Assembly: GCA_048887225.1 (NCBI GenBank) | Contig: JBHLJY010000024.1 | Span: forward strand, 2,544 to 38,501 | Length of the DNA: 35,958 bases | Direction of reading: 5' to 3' | Origin: Candidatus Hodarchaeota archaeon | Lineage (GTDB): Archaea > Asgardarchaeota > Lokiarchaeia > Sigyniarchaeales > SOKP01 | Shown: piece after piece, positions 35,546 through 35,958 of the stretch | Layout of the letters: every line of letters begins with the position of its first letter | Numbering within the stretch: the stretch's first letter is position 1 | The notes under the pieces: model-generated | Told to the model about the DNA's origin: nothing | What the model saw: the letters and a program-made list of their open reading frames with translations, nothing else | Databases searched by the model: none | Program-made: the position numbers and the translations under genes

Positions 35546-35958
35546 TTCTATTTCACTTTGGTTAGATTTTTAAATTATTTTTAAATATTAATTGGGAATC
35601 GATGCTTATAAACTTGTGTGCAAATGTTTTGCAATGTATTACACCATTGATCTATTAAAATATTTTCTTAATGAAAATTATTAAGACTAAGAATATTCTG
35701 TAAAGAATTATAACCAAAATCAAGAAATATATGATTAGATTAAAGATTTCAGAATTTTTATTAAAATTTTTATTTTATGGAAAAAATTAGATCTTAGAGG
35801 AAAATAAAGATTTGCATTTTAAAACATGCCTATAAAAAAATTAATTTTTTTCCTTGTGATACTTTTCTTTACACTTGCTCAATATTATTCCTCTAATATT
35901 GATGACTTGTAATAAAATGTAATACATTTAAATACTTTTAATTCATATAATGATCAAC
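35546..35958. promoter_or_regulatory. AT-rich upstream region with palindrome AAATGTA-A-TACATTT (35915-35929) and related AATGTATTACA (35633-35643)
   Basis: Non-coding, upstream of the 18-kb operon. Confidence 0.35.

Larger units (their letters stand above)
1484..35958. mobile_element. Putative archaeal (likely Lokiarchaeia/Asgard) provirus/virus- or plasmid-like element; boundaries not determined
   Basis: Modular layout: own MCM, many RHH and Zn-finger microgenes, divergent regulator pair, RM/TA islet, coupled membrane-protein operon with ATPase. No housekeeping genes. No integrase or att sites seen. Confidence 0.8.

Noticed and set aside
35166-35573. 135-aa plus-strand ORF and other short antisense ORFs in 32189-34374
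   Set aside because: Antisense shadows of membrane and surface genes
1-35958. Integrase, att sites, tRNA/rRNA, tailed-virus structural genes
   Set aside because: No tyrosine/serine recombinase motifs, RNA genes, terminase, portal or capsid recognised by eye; they may lie outside the window or be too divergent

Overview
Very AT-rich window that reads as one archaeal mobile element (provirus, virus or plasmid). The host is probably Lokiarchaeia/Asgard, inferred from protein styles only. Layout from left to right: (1) three small genes (58-1483); (2) a ~1 kb non-coding block (1484-2521) with two inverted 20-bp-period repeat arrays around an AT-rich core plus a 17-bp tandem array, a candidate origin; (3) a minus-strand early/replication operon (2522-12846) with a divergent MCM helicase, a radical-SAM protein, about six ribbon-helix-helix (RHH) proteins and about ten Cys-rich microproteins; (4) a divergent pair of paralogous RHH genes resembling a genetic switch; (5) a defence/addiction islet with a fused N6-MTase/PD-(D/E)xK gene and a Doc toxin plus an unannotated antitoxin; (6) an ~18 kb tightly coupled minus-strand operon (17174-35545) made almost entirely of membrane/surface proteins. 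That operon includes a 2453-aa adhesin with two 5-repeat propeller regions, a membrane-anchored Zot/FtsK-HerA-like ATPase, two adjacent intramembrane proteases (M50-like and CPBP-like), a NosD-like beta-helix protein and protamine-like basic proteins. I could not recognise a capsid, terminase, portal, VirB4 or integrase. The standout DNA-level signal is seven copies of the palindrome TGTACGTACA inside one RHH gene, in three different reading frames. Two candidate structured RNAs are also present. All family calls come from reading motifs by eye; no searches were run.
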